The notes beneath the pieces are model-generated. The model did no database searches, had not been told where the DNA came from, and saw only the letters and a program-made list of their open reading frames with translations. From Eledone cirrhosa (Eukaryota): a DNA stretch of 64,000 nt. The stretch spans positions 81,220,001 to 81,284,000 of the forward strand of contig OZ024741.1 of assembly GCA_964016885.1 (NCBI GenBank), written 5' to 3'. This document shows positions 53,077 to 64,000 of this stretch, piece after piece; positions within the stretch are counted from its first letter, which is position 1; the number at the start of each line of letters is the position of its first letter. The position numbers and the translations under genes were made by a program.

Positions 53077-53525
53077 AGTTAAACAAGTTTATAAATATGT
53101 TCTGCTTAATTTATATGCTGGATGGTGTCTTACACAATTTCCTGTCACACGCTTACTGTCAAATCAAGAAAAAGATTGACAAGAGTGAGAAAACTGAGAG
53201 AGACACACACAGAGGAAATGAAAGATTGGGGCAAAGTGAAGGTCTAGTAAACAAGACAGAGCAAAGTTATAAATACTTTCTACTTAATTCATATGCTGCA
53301 TGGCATCTTACACAATTTCCCCTCACATATTTACTGTCAAATCAAGAAAAAGAGAGACAGAGAGAGAGTAAACAAGAGAGAAAGGGAACAGCAGTGGGGT
53401 GAAGGGTTAACAAACAAGAACAAGAAAATCTAGGGCAAGGTTATAAATACTTTCTACTAAATCTGCATACTGGATGGTGTCTTATGGAATCCCTCCTCCC
53501 CCAGTCACACAATACAGTCAAATCT
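53077..53525. repeat. Degenerate ~180-bp tandem triplication
   Basis: ttataaata..ttct.ct.aat..atatgctg.atgg..tcttacacaatttcc...actgtcaaatc three times. Confidence 0.8.
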
Positions 53526-53559
53526 ATCATCACTATACAATTTATTATTATCATTATTT

Positions 53560-53762
53560 TGGCAGTATTGGTAGATCAGCAAACAATATGCATTAGTTAT
53601 TTCCCTTTATGTTCTGAATTGAAATCTTGCTGAGGTTAGCTTTACCTTTCATCTTTACAGGGTCGATAAAATAAAGTACCAGTATACATTGGGGTCGATA
53701 TAATGGACTTTCCCCTCTCCCTTCAAATTGCTGACCTTGTGCCTAAAGGAGAAACAATTATT
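53560..53762 (+). mobile_element. tRNA-derived SINE
   Basis: Core ttagctttacctttcatctttacagggtcgataaaataaagtaccagt and tail ccttgtgcctaaagga.aaacaatt. Confidence 0.8.
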
Positions 53763-53929
53763 ATTCAGACTAACAGAGTGAAGCTTGCATGGGTTCAACT
53801 GAAGAGATCTACCAGGTTGAAACATTGATTCATTTAAGGTGTTTCGAACCTAGTAGTTTCTCTTTCCCTGTAGTATTTATAACACCAAAAGTGTTTTGTG
53901 CAGCAATATTAAAAACATTTTCAAATAGA

Positions 53930-55175
53930 TACAAGAGTAAGTAAAAAAGTTTCCAAACTAGCTATTTATTTAAAAAAGGACTTTATTTACATAAGTTTAA
54001 ACACCATCTCCTTTGAAATAGTCCCCTTGCGCAGCAATGCACTGATCCCAGCATTTCTGCCACTCCTGGAATGTGGCCTTGAAGTCATTTTTGTAAGTTT
54101 GTCGAGAACCTTCTGTGATTTGTGCTGGATCTTGGCAAGGGTATTAAAATGGTGACCTTTGAGCTTGATTTTCATCTTTGGAAAAGGAAGAAGTTCGCAG
54201 AAGCTAAATCTTGTGAGCACGGAATCGATCGCTTGTGCTTGGCGAGAAACTCACGGATGATGAGTGCTCAGTGACATGGTATGTTGTTGTGGAGAATCCA
54301 GTTCTTCATGCACCACAGACCAGTTGCATTCACTGAATGTTCTCCCTAAAACCCCTCACAACTTTATAGTAAAATTCATTTTTGATGGTCTGGCGCAGGG
54401 GGACAAATTTTTGATGAACAATGCTGCAGATATAGAAAAAGATGATAAGCACGCTCTTGATTGAAGTGTGGCTATGTCTCACTTTCTTTGATCGTGGACA
54501 TGATGGACTCTTCCATTGAGTTGACTGCTGCTTTGTCTCTGGATCATACCCAAGACTCATCACTGGTGACGATCCTCGACATTAATGATGGCTCATCCAC
54601 TAGCACTCCGGCTGAGTTCTTGTCAAACTTTGAAACAATTTTCCTTCTGGTCATGTGTTAGCGATGGACAAACTTAGCAGTGACATGCTGCATGTTCAGT
54701 TGAAACGTTAGGATTGCCTGCACTGACCCATATGATACACCAACAATGTCAACAAAGTCGATCATTCTCCGACGATCCTCATACACAAGTTACCTAATTT
54801 TGTCAATATTTCCAGGACTGATGCTCGTCAAAGGTTTTCCAGATCCGTACCACTTGAAAAATTACAAACGGCCCATTGCCTCACAGCCATACACTTGCTA
54901 AAACATGTTCAATGTCTCTGTAGTCGATTTTCCAAGTTTAATACAAAATCTCAAATCGGCTCTTTGTTCCAACTTGATGTCCATGATGTAATCGCAGATT
55001 TGCACATAGACATCATCAGAAAAACACCAATTTAACAACTCAATGTAAATACAACAATGTCACTTGGTATACTGACTTATGACAGTTACAGCTATCACTG
55101 TGCACGCAACCCTGTGCTCCATCTGTTGGTGTGCTACAGAGTTAGTCCAGAAACTTTTTGATATCACCTCATGTA
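53930..55175 (-). mobile_element. Near full-length decayed mariner transposon
   Basis: GYDPETKQQSTQWKSP..PRSKK...K..LIIFF...IVH.KFVP..QTI and FPKMK.KLKG.HF; imperfect TIRs TAC..G.G...AAAAAGTTTC..ACTA flanked by TA; ~1.25 kb. Confidence 0.9.
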
Positions 55176-55204
55176 TCATCATCTTTATATGTATAATAAT
55201 AGTA

Positions 55205-56760
55205 TGCAATAATGACAAAGCATTAATGGGCTGAGAGAAAAACTGGGCATAAAAGGGTGCAGAGTACAAGAGAGAAGACTGTGATGATACGGTCTTGTGA
55301 TGCATATGAAGTATAAAAATTGCATAAAGAAGTACATGGTACTCAAACTTAACCCTTTAGTGTTCAAACCGCCCGAAACCGGCCGAAATTATTTCCCCTT
55401 CATTTGTTCAAACCGCTCGAAACCGGCCGATAACACTCACACTAAAATATTGTTCTAAAAATAAACAAACCATCATCAAAATCTCGTCAATTTGATAATT
55501 ACTGCGAGATTAGGCCCTTACCACGAAAATTAACACTTAATATAGTGAAACAAATTAAAACAACATGTGTTTTTTTAACATTGAAAGTAGAACAGATTTT
55601 TTGTGCAACAACATGGCTTGTGAAAGTAGTGATACCAACTTTGAAAGTTTTACACACGATCACATTCAGAATGAACAAGAAACAAAAGATAATATTAGTG
55701 ATTTATCTTCAAATGAATCATGTTTATATTTCTGAAATTTCATCCGACGATGATTGTTGTTTTTAAAGTGAAAACGAAGGAGATCTCCAGGACACCATTG
55801 AAAATATTACAGCAATGTGGTTGAAAAATACCACACCAATAATATGTTCCCGATTTTATTCAAAATATTGGTCCACAACACACATTAGCTCCCGATGATA
55901 AAGCACTGGATTACTTCTTTTTTTTTATCACAAACTTTCTTCGAAGTTGTGGCAGAAAAGATTAATCGATATGCCCAACAACAGATTTCAAATCGAGGAA
56001 AACCCAATCTGTTTGGCGACCGACAGATGCTGCGGAAATGCAAGCATTTTTTACCGTAAATATTATGTTCGGTATAAAACAATTTCGAAGACTGTGGAAT
56101 TACTGGAGCACTGATATAAGGTTTAGTGATCCTTATATGTCAAGTATTATGCCGAAAACAATGTATTTAAAATTAAACCATTATTTGCACCTGGTTGGTA
56201 CTTCAAATGCCCATATTAATTAATTTCACCTGCCCATAAAAGTCAAATTTAACCCAAAAAATCAGGTAAAATTATATAATTGTAAATTATTGATATTTAA
56301 ACATCTACTGACAAAATTTCAAGCCTGCACATAGAAAATTAAGAAAATTACAAACAAATAAAATTAAAAACCCTCTTGAGTATGATTAACTCAAAATAAT
56401 TGTTTCTACTTTTGGCACAAGGCCAGCAATTACCCAGTTCATTACTGGTACTTTATTTATCGACCCGATAATGATGAAAGGCAAAATTGACCTCGACGGA
56501 GTTGGAACTCAGACTGTAAAGGGATGTAACTATGCTGGAAAGCATGCCGTCCGACTCGCTACCGATACTGCCAATTCACCGCACAGATAAGCATGACATT
56601 TGAAAATTGGTGCGAATGCTAAAGGGTTAAGGCAACCTGAGAAAAAGGAAGACCTCGGAAATCATGGGATGAAGTGGTAAAGTTGGACTTCACAGAGATG
56701 ATGACAGAGAACCAAGAAGGTTGGTGATATGCCATACTAAGACTCCTATCCATACACAGA
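55205..56760 (+). mobile_element. RTE 3' remnant split by piggyBac copy 2
   Basis: ERRL..YGLVMHMK..NCIKK..LKL before the TTAA and G.LRK.GRPRKSWDEVVKLDF after it. Confidence 0.75.
55353..56626 (+). mobile_element. Non-autonomous piggyBac element, copy 2, including transposase N-terminal remnant and SINE passenger (~56395-56582, minus)
   Basis: TTAA at 55349-55352 and 56627-56630; CCCTTTAG...CTAAAGGG; colinear with the reverse complement of 473-1727. Confidence 0.92.
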
Positions 56761-58727
56761 TGTGATGAAAGACAAAGATGTAACAACACTCATCCCCTCC
56801 CCACCTAGTCTTCCATCCACTCACATACCTGACTCCATGAGCATGGGGAGTATGGCTGTAAAAGGCAGAATGATGTAACAACACTTAGGTTGCCTCTTCC
56901 ATCAGCCCTCCTCACTAGATATTCACCCCATTACAAACTTTATCTTCCCCACAATAATCCTTCCATTACTGACTTGTCTCAGCTCCCACTCACATCCCTG
57001 ACACATAAACAAAGGCAGGTGAACCTTCACTGTGCTTCCAGATGCTGCTTGCTCACTCCTCTCCAAAACTACCCTATTACCCAACACTCTCCAACAATTT
57101 GCACTTTTCTATGCTCCCCCACTCCACACTGCTGAACACCAGTCACTTAACCTAAGGCCACTTCACCTCACCCTCCCTCTAACAGGCAGCCTAGAAAACT
57201 GTTGTTGATCTGTCCTTTTTAAATCTCTGTTACCACTGTACAGAGTGGGATTGGTCCTGTGCAAGGTCTTCACTTCAAAAAGCTTTAAGCACAGGTATCA
57301 CTGATTTTAAAACTGGGGTAAATGTGATTCCTGAAACACCTTGGTGACAATCTTTCAAGAATCATGAACATAGAGCATTATATACACGAGTATTAGTGCA
57401 ATTACTCGTGGTCCCTCACCTTCAGCAATCAGGATTGGAGCAGACCAAGATATATATATCATCATCATCGTTTAATGGCCATTTTCCACACCTGCATGGG
57501 TTAGACAGCTTGTCATGTTATGAGACAATTCAGGTCAAGAGAGCACAGCTTGCTCACACAGATCTGTATTTTAACTTGGTTTCTATGGCTAGATGCCCTT
57601 CCTAACACCAACCACGTTACAAAAGACACAACTGCTGGGATCAGACGCATAAGTGAGAAAAGAACTACTAAAGGGTCAGGCTTTTTATAGTGGAACTAAA
57701 ACAGCTATCTAAGAGGATGGACTGGGTGTTTATTGTCGTCTCACCAGCGTGAACAAATTGCAGAGTGGATTGGACACTTTTTGTCATGCGATTAGCATCA
57801 CCACCTTACAAAATGGACTGGGTGTTTCTGTGGTGCTACCAGCTTGACCACCTTACAGGGTGAACTGGGCACTGTTTGTTGTGTCAATGTACATTTATTG
57901 ACTATGAAAAATAGTTTAATAAGTTCAAATATAAGCCTCTGGCGACAGAAAAAGGGGACATCACCACCCATGGAACTCAAACTCACAGCTACCATATACC
58001 ATTTCACCATTTTTTTACCATACAACATTTACCATTTTTCTGTTTTTTAAGCATTATCAATCAACAAGGAATGTAAAACAATCTATTTTTAGAACATTAG
58101 TCAAGAATAAATATGTTCATGAACATAATATTTTGATATGGAAAATGGTTTTAAATTTTGTTTATATAATTTTTGCTTCACAACTCCATTAGACAATAAT
58201 TTTTTACCATTTCACCTGTTTTACAGGTTTCAACATGTTGTAACAGGAATTTATGTATGTATGTATGTATATATGTGTATATATATATATATATATATGA
58301 GTTTATACATCCATTCACTTTCACTCATCCTCTCTACCAGTCTTCTCTCTTCTACCTAACTATTTCGTTACTATCTACTCTTACCCCACTTTCTTCCTCT
58401 CCCTTTCTCCCTCTCACCCCCCTCGCCTGACCCTTTAGTAGTTCTTTTCTCACTTACAACTGCTGGGATCAGACGCATGTCTTTTTTCTCTCGATCACTC
58501 AGTCTTGAACTTAAGTTCTCTTATCGAGTGGTCTTGGATTTTCTTACTTTAAGTTGCTCGCACATTACTCGGTTTGTTGTTTTTTTTCCGCTGTTTTTTC
58601 AGTTTTCTCTTTTCAGCCTTTTTGTTTTCCTTCCCTCCCTCCTCCGTTTTCCCAATAACTTATCCAGTTATTGACGCCCTGGGGATAGATATCTTGTCTT
58701 TAAAGTGTAGAAATATCCGAGAGAATA

Positions 58728-59915
58728 CCCGTGTAGGAGTTAGCTCTGGACAGTAAGCTCCAAGTAAGATTGTATGTTATTATCTTGGAGGTCCAGATGT
58801 GGCCTGAAAGTGTAGTGGCATGTCGCCGGACCAAGATAATAACATAACATACAATCTTACTTGGAGCTTACTGTCCAGAGCTAACTCCTACACGGGAGGA
58901 CGCCGTCCATGTAACTTATGCTCGGAGGTAACATTACAAATGCTGTTTACGAAGGACCAACTCCTAAACAAAAAAGACGAACTGGTAACTGTATGCAAAC
59001 ACCGATTGCGTAGGACTTACCTCGCCCTCAAACCCCCTAACAACCTGGGTGGGTAGACAATGGCTGAAACATCCCACTGCTGAATAAAATAGGCTTACAT
59101 ATGTAGATGTGCCTCTTTTTTTCCTCCCTGTTTTCTTCTTCACTTTATCTCCTCCTATTACTTCCTTCCACTCCCGATCTTCTTCCTTTTCTTTTTTTCC
59201 CCTTTCGCCTACCCCGAGGCAGCCCATCGGGCCTCTGTAGCCTCAGTACCTCCACCCCAGTAAATTAAAGATAGCATTGGCCGATAACGCAATACTAACT
59301 AATCATAGCAGCTGTGTTAGACCCCAGAGATTTTGTATTACTTTTTACTGCCCAATTCTATAATTTCAAAATTTCTTATTTAGTATCTTCTATTCTCAAC
59401 TTATTAACCTATTCTATAGCATTGGCCAAAAAAGCAACACCAACTAAATATAGCAGCTATTTTAGACTCCACAGTTTTTGTTTTTTATCACTTTTCACTA
59501 TCCAATTTTATATTTTTATATATCTTTCTCTTATTTTTTTTATTGTCTCCAAATCTCAATTTTATAGCGTCCCTCCTCTATTTTCTCCAGAACCCTTTTC
59601 CGCCTACTTCCTCTGGCCTACTTTCATACACAATCCTTAGAATTTGCTGTATAGATTTCACTTTCAAAGCTTGACCGGCTCCACCCACTCCCTCATTGCT
59701 CTACAGGCAAGTTCAGCCACCCCCACTGCCATGATAGATTTAATTGTGTTTACAAGAAATTCTGACCAATCCTCTTGACAACTACAATCTTCCCATATAA
59801 GGAAATACCCCTTGAAAAGTTTGGATATTTATTTACCAGGCTATAAATTCTAATTTAGTCCAGAAATAGCCATCGAAACGGATTGAGCTCTGCCGTCGGG
59901 GTCATACATTTTCAT
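58728..59915 (+). mobile_element. Penelope-like retroelement 3' fragment: GIY-YIG C-terminal end, 5' inversion, 3' UTR with hammerhead, ending at (TA)n
   Basis: YNLTWSLLSRANSYTGGRRPCNLCSE..L.ML...LLNKKDELVTVCKHR matches the W.I...A..Y..G...CNLC..EK...LLNKR.E....C.H end of Penelope endonucleases; 58728-58788 is an inverted copy of 58831-58896. Confidence 0.85.
59807..59902 (+). ncRNA. Type I hammerhead ribozyme, U3:A8 core variant, long stem II, GUC site
   Basis: acccc-TTGAAAA-g[tttggatattt...aaatagccat]c-GAAA-cgg...ccg-TC-ggggt; stems I and III pair; predicted cleavage after 59897. Confidence 0.7.
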
Positions 59916-60121
59916 ATATATATATATATAAATTTATATATATATATATATATATACATTTTTTGAGTATATGTTGGTTGTATACCAACACCTCAGTATG
60001 CAGATTGGAGCACTCGACGAAGTGCGCAAGTTGGTTTGGTTACTCCGGAGTAATGTAAAATAAAATAAAATAAATAAGTCAAATGTTTAAAATTTGGCTT
60101 CGTTTAAATGTTTAAAATTTG

Positions 60122-60173
60122 GCTATATATATTTCGGTGACAGCCATTTTTGGCTGTGACCTCTTCAGGCAGT
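60122..60173 (-). ncRNA. Hammerhead motif, minus-strand copy with disrupted stem I
   Basis: Reverse complement actgc-CTGAAGA-ggtcacagcca aaaa tggctgtcacc-GAAA-tatatata-gc; the gcagt arm is replaced by a local duplication. Confidence 0.65.
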
Positions 60174-61104
60174 CTGAATTAATTTACTTGATTTTTGATT
60201 CTTCATTTTTGATTTCTCATTATTCATTTGTTATTTGTTTTCTGTTTTCTTCACTTTATCACCTTATATTTATATTTAAGTTGAGATTGGTTATAACACA
60301 CACACATTTTATCTTATTTTATTTGAATCTTCATTTTTATTTTTCACTTTTCATTTTCCATATTAATTTTTCATTTATTCTCTATTATTTATTTTCTGTT
60401 TTCTTCATTTTATTGCCTTCTATTTCTTCATATACATGGCAGAACCCCCCTCACCACCACCATGGGAGATGGTGGCAGGAGGGATGAAGAAACACACACA
60501 TAGATACTTCTAAATTGTCAGCAGCAGCAAGACATAAGCTGACCACAACACTACCAAAATAAGGGTAGAGGTCAGATGTACTTAATAGCAAACACAAACA
60601 CTACAGGGAGCCTCACCCCAGAAAGAATTTCTATAGACTTTGGACTGAGGAATGCTCTCAAAACTGACCAATGGGAAGTTTGACCTTACAAATCTTTATA
60701 ACATTGAGATGGGTATAACACACACACACATTTTATTTGATTATTTTATTTTATTTTGTTCCTTTACCATCTTATTCCTTCTACCACTTTATCACTTTTT
60801 TTTGAGCTGACTCCAACAACAACACCACTACCAACATAAGAATAGAGGTCAGATGTACCTAACAACAACTACAGATTGGCTTGCCTCAGAACGAACTTCT
60901 ATAGACTTTTGACTGAGGAATGTTCTAACAACTGACCAATGAGAGGAGAAGAGGCCCTTTGACGCTGAAATTTGTTTGTTTAAATTCATATGATTCCAGT
61001 TTCTCAGTGAAATAACAACCCAACCAGGAACTGGGCATATCAGAGTATTGACGAAGTTATACACCTCAACAACATGTGTACTCGTCTCTACCACACTAAT
61101 TCGG

Positions 61105-61159
61105 ACTGCCTGAAGAGGTCACAGCCAAAGATGGCTGTCACTGAAATATATATAGCAGT
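61105..61159 (+). ncRNA. Minimal type I hammerhead ribozyme
   Basis: actgc-CTGAAGA-ggtcacagcca aaga tggctgtcact-GAAA-tatata-TA-gcagt: 5-bp stem I, ~10-bp stem II, palindromic stem III, AUA site. Confidence 0.82.
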
Positions 61160-61304
61160 AATAAATGAAGCCAAATTTTAAACATTTGACTTATTTATTT
61201 TATTTTATTTTATATATATATATATAAGTGTTTTCACATTCTTTCATACATACATGAATGCATGTACATATTTAAATATATATGCATGTATACACACATG
61301 TATG

Positions 61305-61343
<39 letters not shown>

Positions 61344-61609
61344 ACACCCTTCGGTCACAAATTACCATACCATGGGTTTTGTATTTAGAAAGTTCCTATC
61401 CGAGGTACAAGCTCGGGTAAAATTTTTGCAGCCCATGCACACCTCTCTCCTCACTCCTCTCTACCAATGTTGTTCAAGGGCAAGGCAAAAGCAGATAAGT
61501 TTGGCACAAGTGACATCACAACTCCAACAGAGTGAACTGCGGCAGGGTGAAATAAAGTGTCTTGTTCAAAAACAAAATGCACTGCCCAGTCCAGGAATTG
61601 ACTAACAAA

Positions 61610-61815
61610 CACATGCACCCTCGGATTCCTCTTAAACCCAGCTGGTCCCTCAGTTCATCCAAGCTTTGCCTTTCTTTCACATTTATGTTGCAAATCCAAT
61701 GAAACATAGCTGCTTGCTTTCTCTCCAGTCTACGCATGTCTTCAGCAGTTACAGTCCATCTTTCACTATCATGCAGCATCACACTTTGCACACAAGCGTC
61801 ACACAATTGTCCTTT
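61610..61815 (-). pseudogene. Decayed RTE ORF fragment
   Basis: LKGQLCDACVQSVMLHDSERWTVTAEDMRRLERKQAAMFHWICN..ERQSLDELRDQLGLRGIR. Confidence 0.85.
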
Positions 61816-61933
61816 TAAAAACATTCTAACACAATCTTTTCGAAGAACCTTTGTTAAGACCTTGTTCCAAACACCTGTGATGATTTTCAAGATTATAAAA
61901 AATGCTTCTGAAAGAGTTAATATATTTGATATA

Positions 61934-62045
61934 TTTTACCTCATGTATTCTCATTCCTCATTTCCAGCTGCCACCTCACAGGATTTTAAACAAAGAATAA
62001 TATATCTTACCTGAAAAATAACAAAAAAACATAAATATTAAAATA
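61934..62045 (-). other. Candidate recursive splice site (junction 62011/62010) with 71-nt cryptic exon and downstream donor
   Basis: Minus strand reads ttttaat..tttatgtttttttgttatttttcAG|GTAAGA; second donor GAG|GTAAAA at 61940/61939; stops in all frames. Confidence 0.55.
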
Positions 62046-62329
62046 AATACAAATATTCATACATATCCATATAAGAATTTATCTACATAATCTATCTTAC
62101 GGGCGATCTGTCGATTTTGAGAATGTAAGCAATACTTGTCTTTTCTTTTATCCGTAGTCTTCTCAATAAGCAGAGTTTTAAACTCCTATTTATGCCAGTC
62201 TAAAATTCAAATTCTCCGTTTTCCTCTCGGATTTTCAATTATTATTTTACATGTTTTGTTGGACCCTTCCTAAAAACTAACCTTCCTGCACCTCGCTCGC
62301 AAACATTGTAAACACTTTGCTCCTTCTCT

Positions 62330-64000
62330 GGAAGTTCTCTGGAAGTTGAAGGACCCCATAGCCAGTGACAAATTTAAAAGTTTATTATTTGATGGCTTTG
62401 ACAATAAGGAAGAGCAATTAGAGACGTGCGATATAGAGGAACAGTGGCAATTCTCGAAAGTGAACCTGCTGAAAGCAACGGATGAAATCTGTGGCTGGAG
62501 CAGACCTATTGGCAGGAGAGTAACTTGGTGGTGGAACAGTAAGGTGGAAGAGATAATCAAGGCCAAAAAGCAGGCTTGGAAAGTAGAGAGCACTATCAAG
62601 TGGCCAGGAGAGAAGCTAGGAGACAAGAGTACCATGCAAAAAGGATAGCAGAGGATAGAAAGTTCAAGCATGTTCTACCAAAAACGTGAGGTTTCAGGAT
62701 TGCTAGACAATGTGTCAAGGAAAACTGTGATATTGTCGGGGAGAAGTGTGTCCGTAATGATAACGGTGTACTTGCGCTCACTGATACTGATAAGAAGATA
62801 GCCTGGGAGTGTCACTACGAGAGACTATTAAATGAGGAGAATAAATGGGAAAAAGATAGTCTGCCCCAAATCGATCCAATAGAAGGATCAGCGGTGCAAG
62901 TTAAAGGTAGTATAATAAGTAAGGCAATCAAAGATATGAAGACAGGCAAGGCAACTGGGCCTTCGGAGATAGTTGCTGAGATGTTGAAGGCATCTGGTAT
63001 GGTGGGACACACTATGGTCACCCGTATAGTTAACCAAGTAATACAGAATGGGGTCATACCAAAAGACTGGCGTAGCAGCATCATCATTAACTGCTACAAG
63101 GGTAAAGGGGATGCCCTAGATAGGGGAAACTATAGAGGCATTAAGTTAGTTGACCAGGTCATGAAGGTCACAGAAAAAAGAGTTACAGCGCAACTAATCA
63201 GAGAGTGAATTGATCTAGATGAAATGCAGTTTGGGTTTGTGTCAGGTAAAAGTACCACAGGCGCTCTTTTCCTTGAACGACAACTACAAGAGAAGTACCT
63301 AGCTAAAAGTAAACCCCTCTACTTAGCTTTTATATAGACCTGGAGAAAGCCTTTGACAGAGTCCCCCGCTCCATTATCTGGTGGGCTCTTAGAAAACTAG
63401 GTGTAGATGAATGGCTTGTGAGAGCTATACAAGCTATGTATAAAGAAACAGTCAGTAAGGTTAGAATTAACAATGAATATTGTGAAGAATTTAGTGTAAA
63501 AGTTGGCGTTCATCAAGGCTCTGTCCTTAGCCCTCTCCTATTTATTATTGCCCTTCAGGCTATAACAGAGGAGTTCAAGACCGGCTGCCCATGGGAACTC
63601 CTATACTAACGCTCATAGCTGAATCAATGGCTGAACTTGAGAAGAAATTCGAAACATGGAAGCATGGCCTAGAAATCAAAAGGCCTTAAAGTTAACTTGT
63701 CTAAGACTAAAGTTCTAGTATGTAGAAAGGAAAATAGGGCACAGGTGCCCTCAGGGAAATGGCCATGTTCAGTGTGTAGGAAAGGAGAAGGCAGAAATTC
63801 CATTTTATGTCCCAAATGCAAAGTATGGGTACATAAAAGATGTAGTGGGATCACAGGTAAAATATCTAAGAACGTAGACTTTATATGTGGCCAATGCTCA
63901 GGTGCAATAAGTAGCAAGTGTCCACAGGATACTAGCTCCTTCTATTGCCCAGATGGTTCTATAGAAATAGTAGACACTTTCTGTTACCTGGGTGTCGCAA
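62330..64000 (+). mobile_element. RTE LINE, related subfamily, runs off the window end; disrupted
   Basis: WKLKDP linker, TWWWN, NYRGIKL, QFGF, DLEKAFDRVPR, GVHQGSVLSP and PHD-like finger; a ~10-bp deletion near 63606 removes ADD of YADD; stops and frameshifts. Confidence 0.93.

Larger units (their letters stand above)
60057..61211. mobile_element. ~1.15-kb unit bounded by ~120-bp hammerhead-containing inverted repeats (Penelope pLTR-like), with internal direct duplications
   Basis: 60057-60181 is approximately the reverse complement of 61097-61211; internal repeats 60538-60675 vs 60806-60941 and 60281 vs 60703; (TA)n tracts on both sides. Confidence 0.8.

Overview
AT-rich, microsatellite-laden eukaryotic DNA with no intact host protein-coding gene. 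The mix of SINEs, RTE LINEs with (GAT)n tails and TTAA MITEs resembles a cephalopod (Octopus-like) genome; this is an inference from repeat motifs. Recognisable content is mostly mobile DNA: several RTE-clade LINE copies whose ORF carries a C4HC3 (PHD-like) finger inside the RT region, CR1, CRE-like and Rex3-like LINE remnants, Penelope-like remnants with minimal type I hammerhead ribozymes, two copies of a 1.25-kb non-autonomous piggyBac carrying a SINE passenger, TTAA MITEs, a decayed mariner, a Tc2/pogo-type MITE, probable Helitron and hAT relics, and many tRNA-derived SINEs. Most listed ORFs are microsatellite or antisense artefacts. The most interesting non-TE signal is a pair of minus-strand recursive-splice-site motifs (polypyrimidine-YAG|GTAAG, each followed by a stop-containing cryptic exon and a second donor) about 41 kb apart. 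They suggest the window lies in a giant intron of a minus-strand gene that is removed stepwise. Coordinates of decayed repeats are approximate.
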